A stretch of 63,856 nt of DNA, the filler included. It is 6 parts of 6 records of this genome, joined end to end, with 100 filler letters (N's around TTAATTAATTAA, not from the genome) between each part and the next. Parts side by side here need not be neighbours in the genome. Positions count along the whole stretch, not along the records: positions 1 to 10,558 come from SRR31147125_32282; 5 more parts are not named here. One strand, given 5' to 3'. The position numbers and the translations under genes are program-made. Below the pieces are notes generated by a model. It did no database searches. It saw only the letters and a list, made by a program, of their open reading frames with translations, and was not told the DNA's origin. Below, in pieces: positions 1-10,658 of the stretch (the stretch's first letter is position 1; every line of letters begins with the position of its first letter).

Positions 1-222
1 TTTTTTCTCAGATTACATGCAGTGATCAACACCTTATTTTTCAACTCTTTAACCTTAATAGAATCAGCATACAAAACACCCATCAACCTTATTACATTAT
101 TTTTTTTGAAAACAAAATATAATAATCTTTATATTGAGTATATTGGGAGACTAATTTCTATTATTGGAAAAAAATCAAGGTAGAGCAGAGAAATAAATCA
201 CCGGAACAGGTGGCAATAATTC

Positions 223-2541
223 ATGCAAAAACAAACCCTTAAATACCCATTTCTTTTCGCACTCATTGGCTTTACTGCCATCATCGCGCAAATCCTGTTT
301 ATGCGCGAATTTTTAGCCATTTTTTACGGCAATGAGCTCTCTTTGGGTATTATGCTGGCAAACTGGTTGTGGTGGACAGCTACCGGAAGCTATTTGACAG
401 GTAAATGTGCACGACGTCATAAAAATCCCCAAACATTGATGGCCATTCTGCAAATCCTGCTGGCTATCTTTATCCCCTTTACCATATTATTGATTCGCTA
501 TAGCAAATCGCTTTTCCAAACCATACCCGGTGAGCTACTGGGACTTTTTCCCATTTACCTTGATTCCTTTATCGTTCTTTTTCCCACCTGTTTTATTATT
601 GGCGGTCTCTTTTCCGTGGCCAGTTACCTCTATGCTACAAAAGAGAATAAAAAACTGGGAGTCTCCAGTGGATACGTCTATTTAATGGAATCCATTGGTT
701 CTGCCATCAGTGGGGTTTTCGTATATGTCCTGCTTCTTCCTTATCTGGATGCCATGCATTCAAGTCTGTTACTCGCGTTGTTCAATATAATCGTTGCCAT
801 ATACTTGATATTTAAGAATCAACCAGGCAGAAAAAGACCTGTTTTCCTTTTCAGCACTGTTTTTTTATTCATTGTCCTGGCCATCACTACAATTTCACTT
901 GAATCATTATCCTATAAATTCCTCTGGCCCGGATTTCAGGTTCTGGAAAGTAAAAACTCAAAATACGGCAACCTGACTTTGATCCAGCATCATGAGAACA
1001 AAACCGTCTATGAAAACGGTCTCGTCCTTTTTAATGTACCGGATCAGGAAGCGGCAGAAGAAGCTGTTCACTATGCCCTGCTGCAACACCCGGAGCCACA
1101 ACGACTTCTCCTTATTGGTGGCGGCCTGAACGGCAGTTTGCATGAGGCCTTGAAACATCCCTCTATCCAACACATCGATTACATAGAACTGGATCCGGCC
1201 ATAGTTCAACTGGCGCAAAAACACATACAACAAAACGACAAAACAGCCTTTCAGGATTCACGCCTGTCAACACATCATATGGATGGCCGGCTGTTTTTAC
1301 AACAGACGTCAAATCGTTATGATGTTATCATTGTAAACCTGGCAGATCCCCATACTGCACAATTAAACCGATTTTATACCCGCGAGTTTTTTCAAACAAC
1401 AGCTGACAAACTAAATCCTGACGGTCTTTTCTCCTTCCAGGTGACAGCATCTGAAAATTACATCAGTCATGAACTGGCACAATACCTGGCCTGTTTTAAT
1501 AAAACACTCAAAAGCGTTTTTTCGCATGTGGCATTCATCCCGGGAAATACAGTGCATTTTTTCGCCTCAAATAGCACAACTGACTTTATAATTAATCCCG
1601 ATAAACTGGTTCAGAGATTAAAAGAACGTTCTATCTCCACACAATACATACGTGAATACTTTATTCCGTTTCGATTGATGCCCGACAGGGTCCAGGATTT
1701 AGATAATCAAATACAGGCAACAGCACAAACGAAAATAAACAAGGATTTTTCGCCTATCGCCTACTATTTTGACATGGTCCTGTGGAGCAAACAGTTCTTT
1801 CCCAAAATAGAGAGTTTTTTAAGACGATTTGAAAATAGTTCCTTCCAAGCAGTCCTGGCAGCTTTTCTTTTACCTCTTTTGATTATTTTATTTTACATTC
1901 GTCTCAAATTTACCGCAATAAAAAAAATCATAACAACCAGCCAGTTTTCCGTGATAGCCATGGGCTTTTCAAACATGTCGCTGCAAGTGATATTATTATT
2001 AGCCTTTCAGGCCCTGTATGGCTATGTTTATCACTTTTTAGCCATCATTATTGCCGTCTTTATGCTGGGTATGGCTTCTGGAAGTTTTTTAGCATTAGGG
2101 CACCTGAAAAAGAAGACACTATTTGATACCAAGCTGGCAAAAATAAAAGGATTGACAGTGGTCCACGCAATGACAATAATTTTACCTTTTCTATTGTTCA
2201 TTACTTTTCTGGCATTACGAATCATCATCAATCCCACTCTTTACTTAGTAACAAGCCATATCATTTTCCCTCTGATGGCTCTAACCTGCGGCACTGTGGG
2301 CGGTTACGAGTTTCCTCTGGCAAGTGATATCTATTTTACCACGAATAAAAAATCGTCACAAAATTCAGGTATCATGTATGGCCTGGACCTTTTCGGTTCC
2401 CTGTTCGGCGCCATCCTGCTCAGCACCTTTCTGGTTCCTTTATTCGGTCTGCTAAAGACTGCGATTTTCATATCGTCTTTAAATTTAATGGTGCTTTTCC
2501 TTATTTTCTTGACCAAAAGCGCATCCAGGATACAGGATTAG
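223..2541 (+). CDS. Membrane-fused spermidine synthase-like (SAM/dcSAM-dependent) protein
   Basis: N- and C-terminal multi-TM regions flank a class I methyltransferase/spermidine synthase core (LLIGGG...ELDP...DGRLFL...YDVIIVNLADP). Confidence 0.85.
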   Translation: MQKQTLKYPFLFALIGFTAIIAQILFMREFLAIFYGNELSLGIMLANWLWWTATGSYLTGKCARRHKNPQTLMAILQILLAIFIPFTILLIRYSKSLFQTIPGELLGLFPIYLDSFIVLFPTCFIIGGLFSVASYLYATKENKKLGVSSGYVYLMESIGSAISGVFVYVLLLPYLDAMHSSLLLALFNIIVAIYLIFKNQPGRKRPVFLFSTVFLFIVLAITTISLESLSYKFLWPGFQVLESKNSKYGNLTLIQHHENKTVYENGLVLFNVPDQEAAEEAVHYALLQHPEPQRLLLIGGGLNGSLHEALKHPSIQHIDYIELDPAIVQLAQKHIQQNDKTAFQDSRLSTHHMDGRLFLQQTSNRYDVIIVNLADPHTAQLNRFYTREFFQTTADKLNPDGLFSFQVTASENYISHELAQYLACFNKTLKSVFSHVAFIPGNTVHFFASNSTTDFIINPDKLVQRLKERSISTQYIREYFIPFRLMPDRVQDLDNQIQATAQTKINKDFSPIAYYFDMVLWSKQFFPKIESFLRRFENSSFQAVLAAFLLPLLIILFYIRLKFTAIKKIITTSQFSVIAMGFSNMSLQVILLLAFQALYGYVYHFLAIIIAVFMLGMASGSFLALGHLKKKTLFDTKLAKIKGLTVVHAMTIILPFLLFITFLALRIIINPTLYLVTSHIIFPLMALTCGTVGGYEFPLASDIYFTTNKKSSQNSGIMYGLDLFGSLFGAILLSTFLVPLFGLLKTAIFISSLNLMVLFLIFLTKSASRIQD

Positions 2542-2688
2542 AGAACGTCTTTTTCATGCAATTACCGAAAATGAAAAAGACAACTTTTAGCATTAATATT
2601 AATTCACACACGAAAAATCTTGATTTTAAATATTTAATACTCTAAACTATCATAATATTAGTATTATTTTGTAAAAAAGAGTTTATTT

Positions 2689-2913
2689 ATGACAAAAGAG
2701 AGCAAAAATATTTTAAACGATGCCCTTGCGTTACCACCAAAAGAGCGTGCTGAACTCGTTGAAAAGCTGTTATCAAGTTTTGAATTCCCGGAAAATAAAT
2801 CTATAGATAAACTCTGGGCAAAAGAAGCTGAAGACAGGATAGATGCCTATAACCAGGGGAAAATTAAGGCTGTTTCCGCAAAGGATGTCTTTAATAACAT
2901 TAATAAAAAATAA
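2689..2913 (+). CDS. Addiction module antitoxin component (TIGR02574-like)
   Basis: 74 aa, ALALPPKERAELVEKLLSS...WAKEAEDRIDAY pattern; directly upstream of a RelE/ParE-like gene. Confidence 0.85.
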   Translation: MTKESKNILNDALALPPKERAELVEKLLSSFEFPENKSIDKLWAKEAEDRIDAYNQGKIKAVSAKDVFNNINKK

Positions 2914-2916
2914 AGC

Positions 2917-3216
2917 ATGAAAATCAATTTTCTCGCTCCTGCTGAATCTGAATTAATTGAAGTGATTGAATATTACAATCAACAAAGGGAAGGGCTTGGT
3001 TCTGAATTTGCGGCAGAAGTCAAAAGAACTCTAGAGAGGATTGTACAATTTCCCGAAGCGTGGCAGGCCCTATCAAAAAGAACACGCCGCTGTCAAACAA
3101 ACCGTTTTCCCTATGGGATTATTTATCAAATTCGTAAAAATGAAATTCTAATCATCGCAGTCATGCACCTTCATTGCATACCCACAAACTGGGAATCAAG
3201 AATTGATTTGGAATAA
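2917..3216 (+). CDS. Type II toxin, RelE/ParE family
   Basis: 99 aa, AESEL.E..EYY....GLG.EF...RR....RFPYGIIY....I.IIAVMHLH pattern; 3 nt after the antitoxin. Confidence 0.88.
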   Translation: MKINFLAPAESELIEVIEYYNQQREGLGSEFAAEVKRTLERIVQFPEAWQALSKRTRRCQTNRFPYGIIYQIRKNEILIIAVMHLHCIPTNWESRIDLE

Positions 3217-3290
3217 TATTTCGACACTTATTTTATTATCCTCTATTTCATGATATATTTCCCTGGACATCTATAATTTGAATTAAACAA

Positions 3291-4804
3291 TTAAATACCA
3301 CCTTCCTCAAACTCAACCTCCCTATAATAATCCACCAAATTCTGCAACTGATATATCATCATCGACGTCATAATCGCCCAATCAACCAGCTGGATCCGGT
3401 TTCTCATGGTCCAGTAAATCAGCTTCAGAAAAACCAGCGTTCCCTGTTAATGATACCTACATAATAGATGCACCGGCATAACGTTCCCAGGTATTTTTTC
3501 AGACTGAGAGCAGGAATCCTGTTTTCCAGCTCGGGATCCTTATCATGCTCGAGGATAAATTTTTGTGCCCGTTTGTAACTATATTCAGGGGAGTATATAG
3601 ATTCAAGAATGCGATAAAATTCCCGGTTCAATAAATCAGGATCCATTTTCGGGAGAAAATTACTACGTAATTCGTGAAAGGAAAACCCGTCTAGTAAACG
3701 TCCCTCCTGTTTCATACGTTCATAAAGTGTTGTACCAGGAGGTGCTTTCAGCAAATTAACTGTCGTGAGGACAATATCGCTATCCTGTATAAAATCAATT
3801 TGTCTTTGAAAAGTCTCGGTGGTATCCGTATCAAATCCCACAATAAAGCCGGCAACAAGGATAAATCCCGCCTTATGCAGACGGCTGATGTTTTCCAGCA
3901 TATCCCGTTTAGTGTTTTGTTGTTTTCCATGCGCCAGCAGGCAGTCTTGCTCGGGCGTTTCCAGGCCGACAAATAGATGCCGGAATCCCGCCTCCAGCAT
4001 TTTCTGCATCAATTCCGGATCATCCGCCAGGTTTATGCTGGCCTGAGTTGAAAATGAAACGGCAGGATTCTTTTGCCGTCTCCACTCAATCAGAGCAGGC
4101 AATAATTCCTGTTTTAATGTCCTTTTATTGCCGATAATATTATCGTCAGCAAACAGAATTGTGGGAACATGATCCGCTTGTAAAATCAGTTCCAGTTCAG
4201 CTATAATCTGCTCCGGTTTTTTTGTGCGTTGTTGATGTCCGTACAAGGATGTCACATCACAAAAATCGCAATGGAAAGGACAGCCACGGGAATACTGCAC
4301 GATGCCATATTGGTAATCCTTTAAATCAACCAGATTCCACCTGGGAATGGGTGTTGTTTCAAGATCGGCAAATTCCTCTGAGCAGTAGACAGGTTTGGGT
4401 TGGCCATTTTCCACATCAGCAAGAAATGCCGGTAAAGTGAGCTCGGCTTCATTCAAAACAAACGAATCTATACCTGAAAATCGACTGGATTCATGAGTAA
4501 AAAGAGGCCCTCCGGCAACGATTTTCACTTTTGCTTTCTGACAACGGGCAATAATATCCCGGACAGAGTCTTCCTGCACATTCATGGCACCAATAAAAAC
4601 ATAATATGCCCAGGCCAGGTCATTATCAGTGAGTGGACGGACATTGAGATCCACAAGCCGTATGTCCCAATTTTCCTGCAACATGGCTGCAATGGTTAAC
4701 AGATTCAAAGGCGGATACCAGGCTTTTTTACCACCTATCTTTAGAGAATAGTTCATTGTCCAGAAGGTATGTGGCATGTGGGGGTAAACCAGAAGAACAC
4801 GCAT
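3291..4804 (-). CDS. B12-binding radical SAM protein (DUF4070 type), frameshifted near the 3' end
   Basis: Cobalamin-binding N-terminus and CxxxCxxC motif (RGCPFHCDFC). The given ORF stops at 3425, but adding one T to the run at 3429-3433 continues it as ...RERWFFLKLIYWTMRNRIQLVDWAIMTSMMIYQLQNL... to a stop at 3291. Confidence 0.85.
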
Positions 4805-4865
4805 GGGGAATTCCTAATCAATCAGGCATCAATGTTTTTAGCATCTGTTGCTAAAATAAAAAAAC

Positions 4866-4929
4866 AAACTCACCTACCCTGACGCCATGGACTAAAATAT
4901 AATAACCACCGTCCGGGTAGAATGAGTTT
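4866..4929 (-). terminator. Long imperfect hairpin followed by a U-tract
   Basis: AAACTCA/TGAGTTT, CTACCC/GGGTAG and GACG/CGTC pair; on the minus strand it is followed by GTTTTTTTATTTT. Confidence 0.5.
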
Positions 4930-4961
4930 TACTATTTTGACTTGAAAAAACCGTCAGTGGT

Positions 4962-5531
4962 TTACTTTACCATAATTTTAGCGACCACTTTGTAAATTTC
5001 ACCGTCACCGATCATGGGTGTATGAGCGTCTTGCGGGAAAAAGATGGTAAACGATCCAGGTGGCACCTTGTTCCAGGCCGATGGTTCATCCTTGAAAAAA
5101 CCAATGTCTTTATCAGCATCATAGGGCACAGATTCCATTTTACAATCCTCTGTAGGTTTCCATCCCATCTCTTCATCGCCACTGATGATATATTGAATAT
5201 CAATGTACTTACGATGTGCTTCCAATTCGGACCCTTCCCGCTTGCGGCCATTATCCTTGGCAATCGTGCAAAACACACGGTCCCCATCGAGTTCGTGCCT
5301 TCCAATAGGCAAATCTGTCAGATTCTCCTGTCGCAAAAAAGCAAACACTTTTTCAAAGTCAGGATGTAGATCAAAATACTTTTCAGCCTGCTCAAGTTTT
5401 TCCACGATCATTTTGTCTCTTTTCATTTCTACTTTAACCTCCTTTTTAGAACAGCCGACGAAACTGGATATCACAAAACAAGCAACAAACAACAATGTGG
5501 TGATACGCAAGAACCTTCCATTTCCCTTCAT
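4962..5531 (-). CDS. YhcH/YjgK/YiaL (NanQ-like) family protein with lipoprotein-type signal peptide
   Basis: EAHRKYIDIQYIISG.E.MGW...YDADKDIGFF...IFFPQDAH.P....KVVAK motifs; AGGAG RBS before ATG 5531; hydrophobic stretch ending SFVG-C. Confidence 0.85.
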   Translation of the reverse strand: MKGNGRFLRITTLLFVACFVISSFVGCSKKEVKVEMKRDKMIVEKLEQAEKYFDLHPDFEKVFAFLRQENLTDLPIGRHELDGDRVFCTIAKDNGRKREGSELEAHRKYIDIQYIISGDEEMGWKPTEDCKMESVPYDADKDIGFFKDEPSAWNKVPPGSFTIFFPQDAHTPMIGDGEIYKVVAKIMVK

Positions 5532-5805
5532 TTTCATTCTCCTGAATGTTGTGAACGCATTCTGAACACCCAATGTATTTAACAATAAATTATAATCTTA
5601 AAGATAGTATTATCAGTAGAATTATCAAATGATAATTTTAATATTCAGACATTTAATTTAAAGATTATAAAACGATAACCCAGCTTAAACATTCAACATA
5701 CAATTATAACCTCTATCATAATTCATTAAATCTTAGACAAAGAGATAGAAAACAAAATCAAAAGATACTTTAATTCATAGTTTTATTGTTTCTGACTCGT
5801 ATTCC

Positions 5806-6882
5806 TTACCCACGGATATCTGCTGCCCGATCAAAGATCTCTTCTCGCATCACTCCGGCAGCTTTATACATTGCAAAGATGTTTTCTATTGGTGTTTCAG
5901 GTGGGACGGCGTGTGAAGCGGCCAGAATATACCCTCCTCCGTCAGAGGTCATGCCTTCAATGAGACGCATCGTTTCACCATAGACCTGCTCTGGCGTTCC
6001 TGTGGGTAACAATTTCTGAGTGTCGACACCTCCCATGAAAGATAATTCAGCTCCGTATTCCTTTTTTAATTCCAGAGGATCCATTCCCGGACAATTGCAC
6101 TGGATTGGATTCAATACATCCAGGCCGATCTCAATAAGGTCAGCGATGATCGGACGAATCCCTCCACAAGAGTGATACGCAATCCATAGTCCTTTGGACC
6201 GTCCGACATCAAAAATATGTCTCAGCAGAGGTTTAAGATTCTCCCGCCAGTATTCAGGACTCATGATCATGCCCTGCTGACTTCCCACATCGTCCCCTGT
6301 CCATAACCAGTCCAGCTCAAAACGATCACATGCTACCTTTGCCAGATCAACTGAAAAACGGCCCGCCTGCTCTAACATGGTCCTGGCCACATCAGGTGAC
6401 GCGGCCAGATCCAGGGTGGCTTGTTCCATCCCGCGTATTCGACACACCATTTCGTAAAGGCATGGCGACACATCAGCACCCACAAAATAGTCCCGTCTTA
6501 CTGACATAACCGGTTCCATATTACGCAAAAGGTCATTAACACGATCATATGGATACTGGTATGTTAGAACCTCACTCTCTTCTGCTCCCTGCAGTGGTGA
6601 AGATTTAATCTGATTAAATGGTCCTTGTTTGATCCATTCGATGCCCCAATCATCTGTATGACCTTCGCCATCAAATTCATGCACGATACCTTCCATCGCA
6701 TAGTTGTTGCTAATCCAGGCTTGGCGAATATCGTCTCCCATCACATCAGCGAGTCGATTTGTGGGGATCTCTAAAAACCGGCTCAAAAGCCGGGCTGTCT
6801 CCGGATGGAACCACATCCATATGGGAATCCGGTCCACAGGTTCACGTTTCAATGCTGCGTGTACACGTGATTTGGAATTCAT
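5806..6882 (-). CDS. Uroporphyrinogen decarboxylase family protein (UroD/MtaA-like)
   Basis: MNSKSRV.AAL....VDRIP start, GDDVGSQQGMIMSP, HSCG, LNPIQ, F.GGVDTQ, GGGYILAASH motifs. Confidence 0.88.
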   Translation of the reverse strand: MNSKSRVHAALKREPVDRIPIWMWFHPETARLLSRFLEIPTNRLADVMGDDIRQAWISNNYAMEGIVHEFDGEGHTDDWGIEWIKQGPFNQIKSSPLQGAEESEVLTYQYPYDRVNDLLRNMEPVMSVRRDYFVGADVSPCLYEMVCRIRGMEQATLDLAASPDVARTMLEQAGRFSVDLAKVACDRFELDWLWTGDDVGSQQGMIMSPEYWRENLKPLLRHIFDVGRSKGLWIAYHSCGGIRPIIADLIEIGLDVLNPIQCNCPGMDPLELKKEYGAELSFMGGVDTQKLLPTGTPEQVYGETMRLIEGMTSDGGGYILAASHAVPPETPIENIFAMYKAAGVMREEIFDRAADIRG

Positions 6883-7077
6883 TTTCAGAACACCTCTATT
6901 TTGCCAGTAGATTCGATTCGCCAGTTGATCTATTTTTCAATATTTAAAATCATTTTAAATAGATTAAAAAGATTTATAGGGCACGTATAAATATACATAA
7001 CAATCATTACACTATTTTAATACAAGTCTTGAATGCTTATCCCAATTTACACATTCGTGGCATAATATGCCAGTAAA

Positions 7078-8235
7078 TCACTCCCCCAACTGCCCCAAAC
7101 CAATCCGAAAAACCTCCACCGCTTCCTTTTGCCGGGAAACGACGATGTAGAGATTATTTTCATGAATCAAAGTATGCGGATAGCCGTATTCGCCACCTTT
7201 ATGGCGCCCTTCCACCTTTTTTTCATAATGTTCATCTGCAATAATATAGTGTTTGTCAAAAACAACGCCGTCTTTTGAAAGGGAAAGAACCAGGGGACAT
7301 CGTGAACCTGTGGTATCCGGGTTGCCGACATAATAAAAACGCTCATCCGGTAAACGACCAAAATGAAACTTGGCATTACTGTCCGAAAACCCTGTTTCAA
7401 CCGGATCGGACCAGGTGATGCCATCATCACAACTCTCCGTGAGCCAGAGTCGGCCTATAAATCCCGGACCCGTGCTTCGCAACAGCATGTGAATGACTTT
7501 ATCATCGGTTTGTAAAAAGGAACCCTCGCACAAAGCAGCAGACCAGTTTGTTCTTTCCTGCACGCGCCAGAAACTGGCCGGATCATCACTCATTCCAGCC
7601 ATGTCAGGGGGATAGATGCCGGTCATGGTCCAGCCGCTGAGACCGGTTGGATCGTCTGTGTACGGGAAAGAGATGTTACCGGAGATAATCAGTCGGCCGG
7701 ATTTGGTTTTCTGTGGTCCATGGTTAGGATTAACCGGAATTCCCATATCACGGATATCACTCCAAAATTTTCCATCTGTCGTTGTCACAGCTTTCAGGCG
7801 GGTATCTGCTTTATCCTCCTCATACTGGCCAAAATAAGCCACCAGCACACCCTCATGCTGATGAAATCCGGCCGCGGTCAACACCAGCTCTGTCTCTCCC
7901 TTGCCAGGCAAAGAATCAATGAGAGGAACAGGATCGGTCCATGACTCAAAGTCAGGTGAACTGCACATAAGCACTCTCTGCCCGGGCGCGTCTTCATCCC
8001 GGTGCCCATTGGACCAGATGACATAGAACCTGCCCTTGAAAAAAGTAATGTGAGGATGGTGTGAATAGGTCCATTCTTTTTCAGGTGTGTACAGAAAAAC
8101 TCTTGTCGTCTCTAACTTTGGTTTGTCGACTTTTGGATCGTATTTATTAGTAATTTTTCCCGGCTCTGACTTGAATGCGCAAGAGTTGAATAAAAGGACA
8201 AATAGCAATAAAAAACAAATGTTTACATTTTTCAT
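7078..8235 (-). CDS. BNR/sialidase-family beta-propeller lipoprotein
   Basis: Lipobox LLFNS-C; Asp-box repeats (SPDFESW, TTDGKFW, SCDDGITW, SKDGVVF); C-terminal YGYPH. Confidence 0.75.
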   Translation of the reverse strand: MKNVNICFLLLFVLLFNSCAFKSEPGKITNKYDPKVDKPKLETTRVFLYTPEKEWTYSHHPHITFFKGRFYVIWSNGHRDEDAPGQRVLMCSSPDFESWTDPVPLIDSLPGKGETELVLTAAGFHQHEGVLVAYFGQYEEDKADTRLKAVTTTDGKFWSDIRDMGIPVNPNHGPQKTKSGRLIISGNISFPYTDDPTGLSGWTMTGIYPPDMAGMSDDPASFWRVQERTNWSAALCEGSFLQTDDKVIHMLLRSTGPGFIGRLWLTESCDDGITWSDPVETGFSDSNAKFHFGRLPDERFYYVGNPDTTGSRCPLVLSLSKDGVVFDKHYIIADEHYEKKVEGRHKGGEYGYPHTLIHENNLYIVVSRQKEAVEVFRIGLGQLGE

Positions 8236-8338
8236 AATGATATTCCCTTGCTCATATTCGGGTAAGGTTAAAAAAAGAGACTATCTTGAAGGTAATATGC
8301 AAATTTATATTAATATCGGAAAGGTATTTAAATACAGG

Positions 8339-10081
8339 TCATTGTAGCAATATCATCTTTTTCGATAACACATTCCCACCGAATTCCAATCTATATACAT
8401 AAATCCCGCTGGCAAAATCCTTATTCACAAATTGAATCTGGTGATGTCCGGCCGACACGTCAGAATTTAAAAGTCGCGCCACCTCGACTCCTGAAATGTT
8501 ATACACCTTTAAACAAACATGGCTATATACTGGTAAGGTAAATTCAATGGTTGTCGCGGGATTAAATGGATTCGGATAATTTTGAGACAAAGAATAATCC
8601 AAAGGTACTGTATTACGTACATCCACATAGGTTGTTGTATCATCAACATCTTCAAAAATAGTCAAAAATTGGTTTACATCTACACCTGTTAGAAATTGCT
8701 TAATTCCTGAAGGCCATTCCACTCTTATGAAATCAATAACAGAGGCATTACCCAGGCCAAAATGAGCTATCAGACCATCCTGGGCACTCCTGCCTGTCTG
8801 ACTCGATATTTGTCGTAATTGCCACACATTAGTTTCAAAAATATGTGCCTTTATCCTAATTTTTGTTCCAATGGCAGCTCTGTTTGTAATCCTGCCAACA
8901 CATTTTATTTTTATCCAGTTATTATCAGTGCCTGTATTATTATACAGAATATTGTTTTGTGCGTTTGCAGAAACAAACAGATCCAGATCACCATCATTAT
9001 CATAATCTATCCAGTTGCAGCCGAAAAAGTCACCGGTATCGTTCATGTCCATTTGTTCCGCTATTTCGGAAAATTCTCCATTGCCATGATTTAAATAGAA
9101 AAAATTCCGTTCATTATTTTTATTACTGACAAAGAGATCCAGATCGCCGTCATTATCAAAATCACCCCAGCTGCCACAAACCGAGGTGCCAATATCATTC
9201 ACAACAGGACCATTGTACTTTTTAAAAAAAGTTCCATCACCATTATTTTGATAGAGACAATTATATTCATTATTATTTGTTACAAACAGGTCAAAATCCC
9301 CATCGTTATCATAATCACCCCAACTACCACCGGGTGAATCACCTCCATCATCTACGACCGCATCTCTTAATATTTTCGTAAAAGTGCCATCCCCGTTATT
9401 GTTATATAGACTGTTATTTTGCCCTTCGCCATTGGCAACAAATAAATCCACATCACCGTCATTATCATAATCAGCCCAGGCAGGAGAAGATGAATTGGTC
9501 CTTTCCTCTGCTAACTTACAGGAATCAATTTTAATAAAACTTGTACCATTTTTATTTCTGTAAATATAATCAGGTGCATTATTATAATTGGCAACAAACA
9601 AATCTAAAAATCCGTCATTATCATAATCCCCCCATGCCGCAGAATGAGAGTTACCCGGAACTTGTTCATTGAGCATACAAGTCATTTCGGTAAAAGTGCT
9701 ATCCCCGTTATTCCTGTATAAAAGATCAAAACTTATACCAGTATTCGCAACAAATAAATCCAGAAATCCGTCGTTATCATAGTCACCCCAACTTCCACCT
9801 CTGGACCATGTATTATCTGTCGTAATATTATCATCCACCCTTTTCGTAAATGTCCCATCACCATTATTCTGGTATAAAAAATTGCTGCTATAATAAGCAT
9901 TGGGAACGAATAAGTCGACATTGCCATCGTTATCAAAATCACCCCAAATACTTCCCTGGGAATCACTAGAATCAGCTACGAGACAACCTTCATTCACTTT
10001 AATAAGGGATTGGCTCAAACAGGCATGTGATAAAATAAATGTACTGAAAAAGGAAAAACAAATAGTTCTAATAAATTTCAT
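8339..10081 (-). CDS. FG-GAP/VCBS repeat + ASPIC/UnbV protein with T9SS type A C-terminal sorting domain
   Basis: Seven WGDYDNDGxxDLFV-type repeats, AIGTKI...HFGLG ASPIC motif, LSQNYPNPFNP...SGIYVYRL...KKMILLQ CTD; signal peptide. Confidence 0.88.
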   Translation of the reverse strand: MKFIRTICFSFFSTFILSHACLSQSLIKVNEGCLVADSSDSQGSIWGDFDNDGNVDLFVPNAYYSSNFLYQNNGDGTFTKRVDDNITTDNTWSRGGSWGDYDNDGFLDLFVANTGISFDLLYRNNGDSTFTEMTCMLNEQVPGNSHSAAWGDYDNDGFLDLFVANYNNAPDYIYRNKNGTSFIKIDSCKLAEERTNSSSPAWADYDNDGDVDLFVANGEGQNNSLYNNNGDGTFTKILRDAVVDDGGDSPGGSWGDYDNDGDFDLFVTNNNEYNCLYQNNGDGTFFKKYNGPVVNDIGTSVCGSWGDFDNDGDLDLFVSNKNNERNFFYLNHGNGEFSEIAEQMDMNDTGDFFGCNWIDYDNDGDLDLFVSANAQNNILYNNTGTDNNWIKIKCVGRITNRAAIGTKIRIKAHIFETNVWQLRQISSQTGRSAQDGLIAHFGLGNASVIDFIRVEWPSGIKQFLTGVDVNQFLTIFEDVDDTTTYVDVRNTVPLDYSLSQNYPNPFNPATTIEFTLPVYSHVCLKVYNISGVEVARLLNSDVSAGHHQIQFVNKDFASGIYVYRLEFGGNVLSKKMILLQ

Positions 10082-10167
10082 TAATAAAACCCCTGGTTTC
10101 AAAATCTGATTGACAATAATTGTGCTTATAATAAAAGTTAGAGTAAATTCAGGTGTTCACCAACATT

Positions 10168-10557
10168 TTAGCGTATAATCGACCAAAAATGATACGGCGG
10201 AAATGGAAAACGGTCAATGGCTTTTAAATAATAACCAGCCCGAAACAAAAAAGACGGACCCTGGTTTGTGTCAACACCATTTATATTCACGACGGAATAC
10301 CAACTGCCCCAATACTCATCACCGTTCTGCACGTGGGTGAATTGGTATTGCATCTCATAGGTAATGGTTGTATCCGCATTCTGAAATGTAAACGAGTATC
10401 CTTCACCGTCCTGAACAGGGATTTTAAAAAACAGTTCCGTAGAAACCCTGCTGGTATCCGTGGGATCATAACTGGCCACATACAAACCTTCAGCACTTTC
10501 TCTCATAGCCAGATTCTCGGTTAAGATAAAATACTCTTTGCCACCCAGAACTTTTTT
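10168..10557 (-). CDS. Hypothetical protein, 5'-truncated by contig end
   Basis: Frame stays open from the ORF start at 10506 up to the gap (KKVLGGKEYFILTENLA-M...). Confidence 0.55.
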   Translation of the reverse strand, partial: KKVLGGKEYFILTENLAMRESAEGLYVASYDPTDTSRVSTELFFKIPVQDGEGYSFTFQNADTTITYEMQYQFTHVQNGDEYWGSWYSVVNINGVDTNQGPSFLFRAGYYLKAIDRFPFPPYHFWSIIR

Positions 10558-10558
10558 T

Positions 10559-10658
10559 NNNNNNNNNNNNNNNNNNNNNNNNNNNNNNNNNNNNNNNNNN
10601 NNTTAATTAATTAANNNNNNNNNNNNNNNNNNNNNNNNNNNNNNNNNNNNNNNNNNNN
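10559..10658. other. Artificial contig spacer
   Basis: 44 N + TTAATTAATTAA + 44 N. Confidence 0.99.

Noticed and set aside
2689..3216. TA pair as marker of a prophage or defence island
   Set aside because: No integrase, phage or other defence genes nearby; a common stand-alone module
3425..3427. TGA as possible selenocysteine or readthrough codon in the radical SAM gene
   Set aside because: A second TGA follows two codons later; the homologous tail is in another frame, so a frameshift explains it
8900..10000. Periodic DNA similarity resembling a repeat array
   Set aside because: Explained by protein-level FG-GAP repeats; no identical repeats with unique spacers
10603..10614. TTAATTAATTAA repeated five times across the window
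   Set aside because: Always centred in 88 Ns; an artificial linker, not a biological repeat or CRISPR
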